Assembly: GCA_016840165.1 (NCBI GenBank)
Contig: JAEOSU010000072.1
Coordinates: forward strand, 64,001 to 128,000
DNA from: Promethearchaeota archaeon
Lineage (GTDB): Archaea; Asgardarchaeota; Lokiarchaeia; Sigyniarchaeales; SOKP01
DNA length: 64,000 nucleotides
Direction: 5' to 3'
In this document: positions 18,607 through 28,293 of the stretch, one piece after another
Numbering within the stretch: position 1 is the stretch's first letter
Layout: each line of letters begins with the position of its first letter
Notes under the pieces: model-generated
What the model saw: only the letters and a program-made list of their open reading frames with translations
Told to the model about the DNA's origin: nothing
The model's database searches: none
Made by a program: the position numbers and the translations under genes

Positions 18607-20295
18607 GTGAGTAAAAAAATGTATTCAAATGATGAATTGAAAAAGATTAAATCAGAAAAAGAAGAATGGGAGAAAGATGTGTTATCTGAATATATCAAGA
18701 GGGGCGAACGTAAGGATTCGTTTGAAACACCCTCAGGTATTCCATTAAACCATATATATAGTCCTATTGATATAGAAAGAACTCATTATCTGGAAGATCT
18801 TGGATTTCCAGGGAAGGCTCCTTTTACCCGTGGTGTATATCCCAATATGTATCGGGGAAGAATATGGACCATGAGACAATATGCTGGATTTGCTGATGCT
18901 AAAAAAACCAATGAAAGATTTAAATATTTAATATCTCAAGGTCAAAAGGGTCTTTCAATTGCTTTCGATCTGCCAACACAAATGGGTTACAACTCGGATA
19001 ATCAAATTTGTTTAGGAGAAGTAGGAAGAGTTGGAGTAACTATTAATTCTTTGAGCGATTTTGAACAGATATTTGAAGGAATTCCCTTAGATAAAGTCTC
19101 TACGAGTATGACTATTAATGCACCCGCTTCAGTTTTATTAGCTATGTACATCGCAGTTGGAGAAAAACAAGGGTTAAAGCCGGAGCAACTACAAGGAACT
19201 GTTCAAAATGATATTCTAAAGGAATATGTTGCAAGAGGGACTTATATATTTCCTCCAAAACCTTCCTTGAGATTAGTCGCTGATGTCATCGAATATTGTT
19301 CTCAATATCTCCCAAGATTCAATACAATTTCAATAAGTGGCTATCATATGCGAGAGGCGGGATGTAACGCTATTCAAGAAATTGCTTTTACATTAGCGGA
19401 TGGCATATCATATGTGGGCGAAGTTGTCAAACGGGGTATCGATATTGATGAATTTGCACCGAGATTATCGTTTTTTTTTACTACACATAATTACTTTTTT
19501 GAAGAAATTGCTAAGTTAAGAGCAGCTCGAAAACTATGGGCAAAAATTATGAAAGAAAGATTCCATGCGAAAGATGAAAACTCCTTAAGATTAAGATTCC
19601 ACACTCAAACAGCAGGAGTAACTTTGACAGCTCAACAACCTAACGTAAACATTATTCGTGTTACCCTTCAAGCGTTAGCAGCTGTTCTTGGAGGCACACA
19701 ATCTCTTCATACATGTGGTGCTGATGAGGCTTTAGCGATACCAACAGAAGATTCGGTGCGAATTTCATTGAGAACTCAACAAGTATTAGCTCATGAGAGC
19801 GGAATAACTGATGTAGTAGATCCATTAGGTGGGTCATATTATGTTGAATACCTTACCTTACAATTAGAGCAAAAAGCAATGGAATATATTGAGAAGATTG
19901 ATAAGATGGGCGGTATGCCTGAGGCTATCGAAAAAGCTTTTATTCAACACGAGATTCTTAATAATGCTTACCATGATCAAAAGGAAATTGATGATGGAAA
20001 GCGAAATGTGGTTGGGGTAAATCTTTTTGTTACAGAAAAGGAGTCCAAAATTGAAACTTTTAAACATGATAAAGATGAGGAGAAGCAAATAATTCAAAAA
20101 TTATCCGAATTTAAAAAGAACCGTAATGCAGAATTAGTGAAAGAGAAGCTAGAAAAACTAAAAAATGTTGCTAGGTCTTCTGATAACATTATACCTGTCA
20201 TGATTGAGACCGTAAAATCTTATGCTACAATTGAAGAAATTTGTAATGTTCTTAGAGAAGAATTTGGCGAATATAAAGCACCAGAAATTCTTTAA
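18607..20295 (+). CDS. Methylmalonyl-CoA mutase, large (substrate-binding) subunit
   Basis: PFTRGVY, WTMRQYAGF (Tyr specificity residue), QNDILKEY, SGYHMREAG, DPLGGSY. No B12-binding domain in this polypeptide. Confidence 0.95.
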   Translation: MSKKMYSNDELKKIKSEKEEWEKDVLSEYIKRGERKDSFETPSGIPLNHIYSPIDIERTHYLEDLGFPGKAPFTRGVYPNMYRGRIWTMRQYAGFADAKKTNERFKYLISQGQKGLSIAFDLPTQMGYNSDNQICLGEVGRVGVTINSLSDFEQIFEGIPLDKVSTSMTINAPASVLLAMYIAVGEKQGLKPEQLQGTVQNDILKEYVARGTYIFPPKPSLRLVADVIEYCSQYLPRFNTISISGYHMREAGCNAIQEIAFTLADGISYVGEVVKRGIDIDEFAPRLSFFFTTHNYFFEEIAKLRAARKLWAKIMKERFHAKDENSLRLRFHTQTAGVTLTAQQPNVNIIRVTLQALAAVLGGTQSLHTCGADEALAIPTEDSVRISLRTQQVLAHESGITDVVDPLGGSYYVEYLTLQLEQKAMEYIEKIDKMGGMPEAIEKAFIQHEILNNAYHDQKEIDDGKRNVVGVNLFVTEKESKIETFKHDKDEEKQIIQKLSEFKKNRNAELVKEKLEKLKNVARSSDNIIPVMIETVKSYATIEEICNVLREEFGEYKAPEIL

Positions 20296-20331
20296 TAATT
20301 TTATTTTTCAGAGAAAATTAATAGAATATTC

Positions 20332-20823
20332 ATGATTAAAATGTCGAAATATCATATGCAAAAATATGAACGGCAAATTAAAGATATAGGGGTTATTAGT
20401 AATATTCTTAATAATGGAAAATATGCAAGCATAGCTATGTGCCGTAATAATGAACCGTATATAGTAACTCTAAGTTATGGCTATGATACTTTAAAGAATG
20501 CGCTATACTTTCATAGCGCAAAAGAAGGGTTAAAGTTTGAATTTATTCGGACTAATTCACTTGTGTGTGGTACTGTTATAGAAGATAACGGCTATAAAAC
20601 TAATCAATGTTCTCATGGATATCGATCGGTAGTGTTTTGGGGGGAGATGAATCTAATTCATGATCTTAGAGAAAAAAAGCACGGTTTTGAAATAATGATT
20701 AATCAGTTAGAAGAGAATCCAAATAAGATTAAAAAACGATTCTTAGAAAATCAAAGTAGCTATGAACATACATCCATACTTCGCTTAGATATAAAAGATA
20801 TTATGGGGAAAACTAATGAGTAA
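20332..20823 (+). CDS. Pyridoxamine 5'-phosphate oxidase-like / NimA flavin-binding protein
   Basis: PYIVTLSYG, YFHSAKEG.K, YRSVVFWG. Confidence 0.88.
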   Translation: MIKMSKYHMQKYERQIKDIGVISNILNNGKYASIAMCRNNEPYIVTLSYGYDTLKNALYFHSAKEGLKFEFIRTNSLVCGTVIEDNGYKTNQCSHGYRSVVFWGEMNLIHDLREKKHGFEIMINQLEENPNKIKKRFLENQSSYEHTSILRLDIKDIMGKTNE

Positions 20824-20888
20824 TTTAATAGATTTAAGAGGTATTGTAAAACGCAAATTTTTTTTTGAATACTATATTTGTGACTAAC

Positions 20889-21065
20889 ATGGAACCTGCT
20901 GAAGAAAAAAAAATTGTTGATGATATCATAAAAAATAGACGTTTATCTTACTCTATAGAGATTCTAGAGGTTGAGGGAGATAAATATACGGTAAGAAATA
21001 ATTTTGGCTCTACGATTGTGTACTATAAGAAAGGTAAAAATTATCTTCTTGAAGATGAATTATAA
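20889..21065 (+). CDS. Small hypothetical protein (58 aa)
   Basis: ATG preceded by GTGA; protein-like composition. Confidence 0.7.
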   Translation: MEPAEEKKIVDDIIKNRRLSYSIEILEVEGDKYTVRNNFGSTIVYYKKGKNYLLEDEL

Positions 21066-21262
21066 TATATTTTACTAATTTTTTTCGCGCTCCATCTATT
21101 TATAAATTAATAAGCCACTTTTTTAATAAAGAATAAAAATCATTATTGGGTACTTTTAAAGATATTAAGACTAATAAATTAATAACGATAAAAATATAAG
21201 AATATAATTTTATTACTTAATCATAAGAGCATAGTTTTTTTTGCTGTTCGAGGCCATATCAT

Positions 21263-22426
21263 ATGAGAAAAAGGAAATTATCATCAGTAGCATCCGAAAA
21301 TGCTCAAAAAGAAAAATTTAGAGCGATAATTGATAATGCAACTTCATTATCTATGTATAACGAGAAAAAAAGAGCAGTATGTATAATCAAAAAGAATTTG
21401 GCTAAAGATTATGAAATAGAAGTGGATGCATCTGAAGCTCCCGTTCTTAACAAACTGATGAATGAACCTGAACCTTATGAAACTTCAATGGCAGAGATAA
21501 AAATACTTGAACAAGAAATATTTCCACTTATCGATTCTTTCAAAACAGTATTCGGGGAAGAAAAAGATTTAAAATTACACTCCATCAAATTAGCTGTTGG
21601 TGGAAGCATTAATGATTATGTAACAATCCAAGAAAGAGATTTAGAAAAATATGATGTGAATCCTACTTTAACAGGTTTAAGAGATTTTGTTAAAGAAAAT
21701 AATGAGAGTATTCTAGGATTTTTGGATAGTGAATATATCAGTGAAGAGGGAAATGTAATTTATTTAAGTTGTGGAAAGAAAAATGTCACCGATAACATCT
21801 ATTCCTTTAAAATAAAAATCCTTGCTTCAATGCAACAACGTTCATACTTTTTACAGCAAGAGCATAAATATTATGGACTTCAACTTTTCATAATGATTGA
21901 GTCAAGAAAAGCTAATGACGATAAACTCCTTGAATTTTTAAAGGAGCTAGGTATAGATTGGGAACTAATATTTTTTCGAAGACGTTTGGCTATTCATGAT
22001 TGGACCGAAATAGAATGTGAAAAAGATTCTGAAAACCTTAAAAGCTTTATTCGAGCAAAATATAATAATTTAAACTATTTTGATATCAATAATATTATTC
22101 GGTTAATGGCCAAAAACGAATTGCCATTTAAAGTAGTCGATAAAATGGGATCCTTATTATTTAAGATGAAATCGGAAAGAGCTCAACAAATCCAAGAGAA
22201 AAAACTTGATACTAATCGGTATCAAGAGGATGTTTATATGAATAATTCAATCGATAATAACTCTCGTGTCATTGATGAATATTCGCTCACTCTTAAGAAG
22301 GCGGAGATCGCAGCTGCCGCTAATATCGCTTGTGCATATTTAGGGATTCATAAGGAAATTACTTTCGACAGGGATATTTCAGTTGATGACGTAATCAAAT
22401 ATCAAGAAGAACTAACGAATTTATGA
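21263..22426 (+). CDS. Hypothetical soluble protein (387 aa)
   Basis: Long ORF with GAGG upstream; no motif recognised. Confidence 0.8.
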   Translation: MRKRKLSSVASENAQKEKFRAIIDNATSLSMYNEKKRAVCIIKKNLAKDYEIEVDASEAPVLNKLMNEPEPYETSMAEIKILEQEIFPLIDSFKTVFGEEKDLKLHSIKLAVGGSINDYVTIQERDLEKYDVNPTLTGLRDFVKENNESILGFLDSEYISEEGNVIYLSCGKKNVTDNIYSFKIKILASMQQRSYFLQQEHKYYGLQLFIMIESRKANDDKLLEFLKELGIDWELIFFRRRLAIHDWTEIECEKDSENLKSFIRAKYNNLNYFDINNIIRLMAKNELPFKVVDKMGSLLFKMKSERAQQIQEKKLDTNRYQEDVYMNNSIDNNSRVIDEYSLTLKKAEIAAAANIACAYLGIHKEITFDRDISVDDVIKYQEELTNL

Positions 22427-22453
22427 AAGAAAAAAAAGAGTTACTTATCCTTT

Positions 22454-23458
22454 TTAATTGATTTTATAGGATTGTTTTAATAAGTTATGATTAAGTTCTC
22501 CAACCGTTATCGATTTTCCAGTTTTAATATTTGTAACTGTGTATTGAGCAGGAGCAAATAAACCAGGATCTATCGCATAAAAATCATAATTTGCTTTTTT
22601 AAATGTTTCTAAAAAGGGCTCCCCATAACTTGGGGAAGTGTTTGCTGGAGCTTTTTTAAGAAGATCAAACAATTCAGGTTCATTTTCTTTCTCTACTTCA
22701 ATGGTATAATATGTCATTCCAGCAGCACTAATCGAATCGTTTGTTCTGCCCATTGCTCCAAGATCATCTTTTGCAATTGGAGCGATTGTTGTAGTTCCGA
22801 ATCCATCCTTCAATACATCTAATGGAAAATGTATCTCATGAAGCTTATGAATTCCCGTCTCAACAATTCTTGCGGCTACTTGAATTGATCCTGTCAAACA
22901 GGCGGTCGGAGCATAGACTGCATAAGTACTTTTAGTATCTACTCCACATTTACTGGCAATTATTTCCATTACTTCCTCATTAGGCATTTTAGATGTTTCA
23001 AAGACTATAACCGCACAATCAGAATCATCTGTATAGTCAATTTCCTCGAATAATTTTTCTGCTTTAGCTTTTGATCTGGCAGGTCCTGATCCCAATGATT
23101 GAAAAACTACTTTTTTTTTCATCTCTCCATCTTTTTCAACTTCTTTTTTTAGTTTCACATTCCAACCAGCTAATTGGGAAGCCATACAAGCAATAATAGG
23201 TTCCGAGGTATAAACATTTACACTTGGTATGTAATGGCCATCTAAATCATACCATGAAAAATCAACAGTGCCTAGTCCACCCATACATATCTCACCGACT
23301 AATTTTCCACCTTCCCATGAAGCATTGCTCATATTCAATACGGTAGAACCATTGCCCAGTTTATGAATTTCTGCCTTATACAATTCCTTGCTATTGATAA
23401 TCTTCTCAATTAATTTCAGGGTAAGATTATTAATTTTTACATGATGCATTTTATACAC
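22454..23458 (-). CDS. mch: Methenyl-H4MPT cyclohydrolase
   Basis: EICMGGLG, CMASQLAGW, GSGPAR, APTAC..GSIQVAAR..ETG, AMGRTND, DPGLFAPA. Confidence 0.96.
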   Translation of the reverse strand: MYKMHHVKINNLTLKLIEKIINSKELYKAEIHKLGNGSTVLNMSNASWEGGKLVGEICMGGLGTVDFSWYDLDGHYIPSVNVYTSEPIIACMASQLAGWNVKLKKEVEKDGEMKKKVVFQSLGSGPARSKAKAEKLFEEIDYTDDSDCAVIVFETSKMPNEEVMEIIASKCGVDTKSTYAVYAPTACLTGSIQVAARIVETGIHKLHEIHFPLDVLKDGFGTTTIAPIAKDDLGAMGRTNDSISAAGMTYYTIEVEKENEPELFDLLKKAPANTSPSYGEPFLETFKKANYDFYAIDPGLFAPAQYTVTNIKTGKSITVGELNHNLLKQSYKIN

Positions 23459-23543
23459 GTCATTCTTAAAATTTAATTGGGTATTTATTTTTAAATTATT
23501 AATTTAATATATTAACCTTAGTTCATATTAAAGTTTTACAGCA

Positions 23544-25064
23544 ATGAATGATATCAAAGAAAAAGCTGTTCTTTTAATGGCTGATATGGAAAAAACAAAA
23601 GATTTTTTTCTTCAAAATTATAAAAAAACTGAGTCCCCCGTATCTATTTATACCCATCTGGATGCAGATGGCTTAAGTTCTGGTGCAATTTTGGGAAAGG
23701 CACTTTATAATGAACATATTCCTTTTCAGATTACAGTGCTGAAGCAACTTGAATTAAATGAAATTAAAAAGATTGCGAGAAAAGTAAAGGAGTACCATAA
23801 TTTAATTATTTTTTCAGATTTTGGCAGTGGACAGTATCTCGAATTATCAAAGAATTTGAAGGTAAATGGTTTATCAATTCCCTATATTATCCTTGATCAT
23901 CATTTACCTCAACAAATAAGGGATAAATCTGATGAGGAGATAAAAGATATTTACGAGGAAACTCGACCATGGCATATTAATCCTTATTTCTATGGTATTA
24001 ATGGTAGCATTGAAGTTTCAGGAGCAGGAATGTGCTATTATTTTGCCAAAGCATTAAATGTACAAAATAAAAAGTTGGCTTCTATAGCCCTTGTCGGAGC
24101 TATTGGTGATATTCAAAATAAGGGAGAGAATGCCTCATTTAACGGATTAAATTCGCTTATTTTGAAGCAAGCTCTAGAACTTGAACAAGTAGAAATCATA
24201 AATGACTTGAATTTTTCATCAATAAAACCACTTAATGAGGCAATTGCCTATTCCTCCAGTATTAAATTAGCTGGTCTATCAGGGAATCCAAATAAAATGC
24301 TAAAATTTCTGCTAAAATTAGGGGTTATTATGGAAAAATCTGATGGTCAAATAAAAACTTTAAATGATCTATCTAAAGGAGAAAAGAAAAAATTAACCTC
24401 TGCTTTAATAGAATATGCTACCATTAAATTGGATATTGAACCAAGCGAGATTTATAAAAATCTGATTATCAATCGTTATATTTTGAAAAATGAAATAGTA
24501 GGGTCTGAACTGCATGATCTAAATGAATTTTCAAATTTATTGAATTCTTGTGGGCGAACAAATAATGGGTCGCTTGGAATTGCTATTGCCATGGGAGATA
24601 GACGTATAGCGTATCAAAAAGCGAAAGACAATTTAATTAAATATAAAAAATCTATAATGATCGCGCTACAATGGTTAAATGAGAATAAAATTATACAACA
24701 AAAAGAGTATATCCAATTTTTTGATGGAAAGGATATGATTAAGGAAATTATTGTTGGTACAATTGCTTCTATGCTAATATTGGACGAATCAAGCATCATT
24801 GATATAAATAAACCAATATTTGGATATGCTAAACGTGAAGAAGAGGCGGTCTATAAAGTATCTGGAAGAGCTCACCAAATTATAGTTGACAAGGGGATTA
24901 ATCTTTCGGAAGTGATTAGGAAGGCTTTGGAGATGTCGAGTCTGGAAGTTTTAGGGGGAGGGCATCCTCCTGCTGCAGGAACAAAGGTTCCTATTGACAA
25001 GATAAATATTTTTTTAGAGAACTGTAATCAAATAGTAAAGAATCAATTAGAAAAAGAGAAATAA
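23544..25064 (+). CDS. recJ: RecJ/Cdc45-like DHH-DHHA1 phosphoesterase
   Basis: HLDADG, DFGSG, LDHH, GAIGD, LLNSCGR, GGGHPPAAG. Confidence 0.9.
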   Translation: MNDIKEKAVLLMADMEKTKDFFLQNYKKTESPVSIYTHLDADGLSSGAILGKALYNEHIPFQITVLKQLELNEIKKIARKVKEYHNLIIFSDFGSGQYLELSKNLKVNGLSIPYIILDHHLPQQIRDKSDEEIKDIYEETRPWHINPYFYGINGSIEVSGAGMCYYFAKALNVQNKKLASIALVGAIGDIQNKGENASFNGLNSLILKQALELEQVEIINDLNFSSIKPLNEAIAYSSSIKLAGLSGNPNKMLKFLLKLGVIMEKSDGQIKTLNDLSKGEKKKLTSALIEYATIKLDIEPSEIYKNLIINRYILKNEIVGSELHDLNEFSNLLNSCGRTNNGSLGIAIAMGDRRIAYQKAKDNLIKYKKSIMIALQWLNENKIIQQKEYIQFFDGKDMIKEIIVGTIASMLILDESSIIDINKPIFGYAKREEEAVYKVSGRAHQIIVDKGINLSEVIRKALEMSSLEVLGGGHPPAAGTKVPIDKINIFLENCNQIVKNQLEKEK

Positions 25065-25070
25065 CAATTT

Positions 25071-26375
25071 TTATAACTTATAAGTTTCTCCAGCCTCTGG
25101 AGCCACAGAATTAAATTTACGTTGTGCTAATCTTTTTGCAAAGGTTGTTGTGGCTTTTTCATCTCCGTGAATACAAAAAGCAACACGATGATCATCCTTG
25201 AATTTCAGATCTTCAACATATGCAAGCAATTGTGACGAATCAGCATGACTCGAAAAATCAAAATAATTGACATCACATTTTGCCTTTATATGCATATTCT
25301 GAGCAGCATTTAGAGGCTTTCTATTATCTTGATATTTAAATACACCCGTTTCCATGAGTATATTTCCAGGTGTATCTTCTGCTTGGTATCCTACCATATA
25401 TATCGCAGAATGAGCATCGTTTAACACATCCTTAATATAATGCAGAGCAGCACCACCTTTAAGCATTCCTGAAGGAGTGATCATTACGTAATTAGATTTA
25501 TTCCTAACTTTTTTCCTATTTTTAAATGTTACAAATTTCGAATCACTAAATGCTCTCTTATAAAACGGATAATCCTTAAATTTATTTGGATGATCAAAAT
25601 ATGTTGCAGAAATCTTCTTAGTTAATCCATCTAAGTAAACTTTTCCGTGAAAATTATATTTTTTCAACATTAAAAGAATTTCTTGCGAACGAGCAACTCC
25701 AAATGCGGGTATAAGAACTTTTCCACTATTTTCAGTTATATTTACCACACTTTCTATAAAACTCTTTTCGAGTTCTTCTCTATTGGGGTGATCCTTCAAT
25801 GCATAGGTAGATTCAATTATTAAACAATCTAACTTGGGAATTTCCTTAGCATCCGCTCCATTAATTAGATTAGTTGTTTGATTATTTATATCTCCCGTAT
25901 ACAAAATTGTTTTATTATCAACTTCTACTAATATTGATACACTCCCGGGAATATGTCCCGCATTATAAAAAGTAATAAAAAAGTTATCATCTATTTTATA
26001 TCGAATATTGTTTTCTAAAAATATAGTATTTCTTCTCATTATATCAAGTTCTTTGTGTCCAAAAGGATAAGAATGATGTGAGACTTTAATTAAATCACGT
26101 AACAATATTTCCGAAACTTGGTATGTTAGAGCATTAGTTAAGAGCGGAACTTCACATTTCGTATAAAGATAAGGTAAAGCTCCAGAATGATCAATATGAC
26201 AATGACTTAATGCAATAGCTTGTAGATCACCTAAATCCGTATCGATAGGTAATCGATCTTCTTCTGTAAATCTCACTCCATAATCTAATAAGCAAGTTTT
26301 ACCTTTATTTGATTTTATTAATACGGCAGAACGACCTACTTCCCTCGCTCCGCCTAAAAATTTTATTACTACCAT
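25071..26375 (-). CDS. Metallo-beta-lactamase beta-CASP ribonuclease (aCPSF-like)
   Basis: GGAREVGRS, SHCHIDH, AGHIPG, YTGD, ESTY, SGML.GG, FSSHAD. Confidence 0.93.
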   Translation of the reverse strand: MVVIKFLGGAREVGRSAVLIKSNKGKTCLLDYGVRFTEEDRLPIDTDLGDLQAIALSHCHIDHSGALPYLYTKCEVPLLTNALTYQVSEILLRDLIKVSHHSYPFGHKELDIMRRNTIFLENNIRYKIDDNFFITFYNAGHIPGSVSILVEVDNKTILYTGDINNQTTNLINGADAKEIPKLDCLIIESTYALKDHPNREELEKSFIESVVNITENSGKVLIPAFGVARSQEILLMLKKYNFHGKVYLDGLTKKISATYFDHPNKFKDYPFYKRAFSDSKFVTFKNRKKVRNKSNYVMITPSGMLKGGAALHYIKDVLNDAHSAIYMVGYQAEDTPGNILMETGVFKYQDNRKPLNAAQNMHIKAKCDVNYFDFSSHADSSQLLAYVEDLKFKDDHRVAFCIHGDEKATTTFAKRLAQRKFNSVAPEAGETYKL

Positions 26376-26525
26376 AAAAAATTACTGATTTTTGCTTTCT
26401 TTATAGATATATGAGTCATTGAAAGCATAATAAATTTACTAAAATGAGTTAAAATTAGCGAATTTGAGTTGATTGGAAAAAAATAAAGATAATTATTTCT
26501 AAAAAGTATTTGAATAATTTAGTTT

Positions 26526-27290
26526 CTATAATCTATTTACTTTTTTAATCACCGTTGTTAGGAGAGCTATGACGTTATTAACATTTTTACCAAATATTTC
26601 CAAAATTTCTGCCCAAGTTACAGGAGCCTCATCATCTTTCCAACAATCATAATCCGTTGACATCGCTACCGCAGCATAAGGAATTCCCGCTTCATTAGCC
26701 AAAATCGTTTCGGGGGCTATACTCATATTTATTACGTCAGCACCCCAAATTCGAAACATCTCTGACTCCGCTCTCGTTGAAAAACGAGGGCCTTCTATAG
26801 TAACTACTGTTCCTCTTTCATGAAACTTAAGATTTAACTCTTTTGCACTCTCAATTAATAGAGATCGTAAATCTTCTGAATACGGATATGCCATTGCTGT
26901 ATGCTTTGCATCATTAGGGGGAAATTCTTCAAAAAAACTTACTTTTCTCAACCGTGTAAAATCTATAAATTGGTCAAGGATTACTAAATCTCCTCGTCCG
27001 ATTTCTTCTCTAAGACTCCCACAAGCAGTGGTTGCTAATATAAGTGTACATCCTTCATTTTTTAATGCTTGTATATTAGCTCGATAATTAACTTGCGTAG
27101 GAGGTATTGTATGCTCTCTACCATGTCTCGCTAAAAGCACAACATCAATATCATGAATCTTTCCTAATTTAAGGGAAGAAGTCGGCTTACCAAATGCGGT
27201 GGTAACTTCTTTTTCACTTGGATTCTTTAATATATCTGGATTATCTAAACCTGAACCACCAATAATTCCTATTTTAACCATTTGAATCAC
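26526..27290 (-). CDS. mtnP: S-methyl-5'-thioadenosine phosphorylase
   Basis: GIIGGSG, RHG..H..PP..VNYRANI, EGPRFSTRAES, TDYD. Confidence 0.95.
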   Translation of the reverse strand: MIQMVKIGIIGGSGLDNPDILKNPSEKEVTTAFGKPTSSLKLGKIHDIDVVLLARHGREHTIPPTQVNYRANIQALKNEGCTLILATTACGSLREEIGRGDLVILDQFIDFTRLRKVSFFEEFPPNDAKHTAMAYPYSEDLRSLLIESAKELNLKFHERGTVVTIEGPRFSTRAESEMFRIWGADVINMSIAPETILANEAGIPYAAVAMSTDYDCWKDDEAPVTWAEILEIFGKNVNNVIALLTTVIKKVNRL

Positions 27291-27394
27291 ATATCAAAAT
27301 TTTAAAACTAAAAATTTTATAATATTTAAAATTACTCACGTTTTATTTTATTTTGTTTTAATGAATATAGAAAAAAAAAGGATTAGGAAAAATA

Positions 27395-28252
27395 ATGCAT
27401 CAGAAAACTGAAATTGCAATTATTGGGGGCACAGGTTCTCAGATTTCCCTTGAAAACCCAAAAGTAGAGAAAATATTTACACCTTTTGGAAATACTTCAT
27501 CAAGGATAATCATTGGTAATCTTAAAGGAAAAAGTGTCGCTTACATATCTCGTCATGGAATAGGACATGTTATTCCTCCACATAGGATTAATTACCGAGC
27601 AAATATATGGGCTCTAAAAGAATTAGGGGCAAAATTTATCATTTCAGCATCAGCGGTAGGCTCACTAAAAAAGGAACATCATAAAAAGAAGTTCATTATG
27701 GTTGATCAATATGTCGATCGTACTAAAAAGCGTAAAGACACATTTTATGAAGGAGGAGAATTGTGTCACATTGGTCAAGCTGAACCATACTGTTCATATC
27801 TGAATGATTTGTTTTACAATACAGGGAAAGAAATTGATAATATGATTATTCAAAATGGTGGTACCTATGTATGCATCGAAGGTCCTCGTTTTTCAACACG
27901 AGCAGAATCCAAAATTTATCGCCAATGGGGTGGTGATGTTATTGGGATGACAGCATATCCAGAAGTAGCATTATGTGCAGAAAAAGAATTATGTCATTGC
28001 TGTATTGCTATGGTGACTGATTTAGATGTTTGGGCAGGAAAATGTCCGAATTGTGGAATAGTAGAAATTGCTGAATCGTGTTCTAAATGTGGAGCAAGAG
28101 TCGAAAAATTAGATGTTAATGTAGACGAGGTATTGGAAACACAACAAGAAAATATTGCACATTTAAAAGCCATCTTAGAAAAAGCCATTCCAAAGATTAA
28201 TACTGAAAGAGATTGCTATTGTAGACATCGACTGGAAGGATCGATATTATGA
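27395..28252 (+). CDS. mtnP: MTAP paralogue with inserted zinc ribbon
   Basis: IIGGTG, RHG..H..PPH.INYRANI, EGPRFSTRAES, TDLD then CPNC-x9-CSKC, C-terminal CxC. Confidence 0.9.
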   Translation: MHQKTEIAIIGGTGSQISLENPKVEKIFTPFGNTSSRIIIGNLKGKSVAYISRHGIGHVIPPHRINYRANIWALKELGAKFIISASAVGSLKKEHHKKKFIMVDQYVDRTKKRKDTFYEGGELCHIGQAEPYCSYLNDLFYNTGKEIDNMIIQNGGTYVCIEGPRFSTRAESKIYRQWGGDVIGMTAYPEVALCAEKELCHCCIAMVTDLDVWAGKCPNCGIVEIAESCSKCGARVEKLDVNVDEVLETQQENIAHLKAILEKAIPKINTERDCYCRHRLEGSIL

Positions 28253-28293
28253 TCCCATTATTCTTCTGGAAAAATATACAAGCAATTAATTGT

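Noticed and set aside
18607-20295. Isobutyryl-CoA or other variant acyl-CoA mutase
   Set aside because: RQYAGF carries the Tyr typical of methylmalonyl-CoA mutase rather than the Phe of isobutyryl-CoA mutase.
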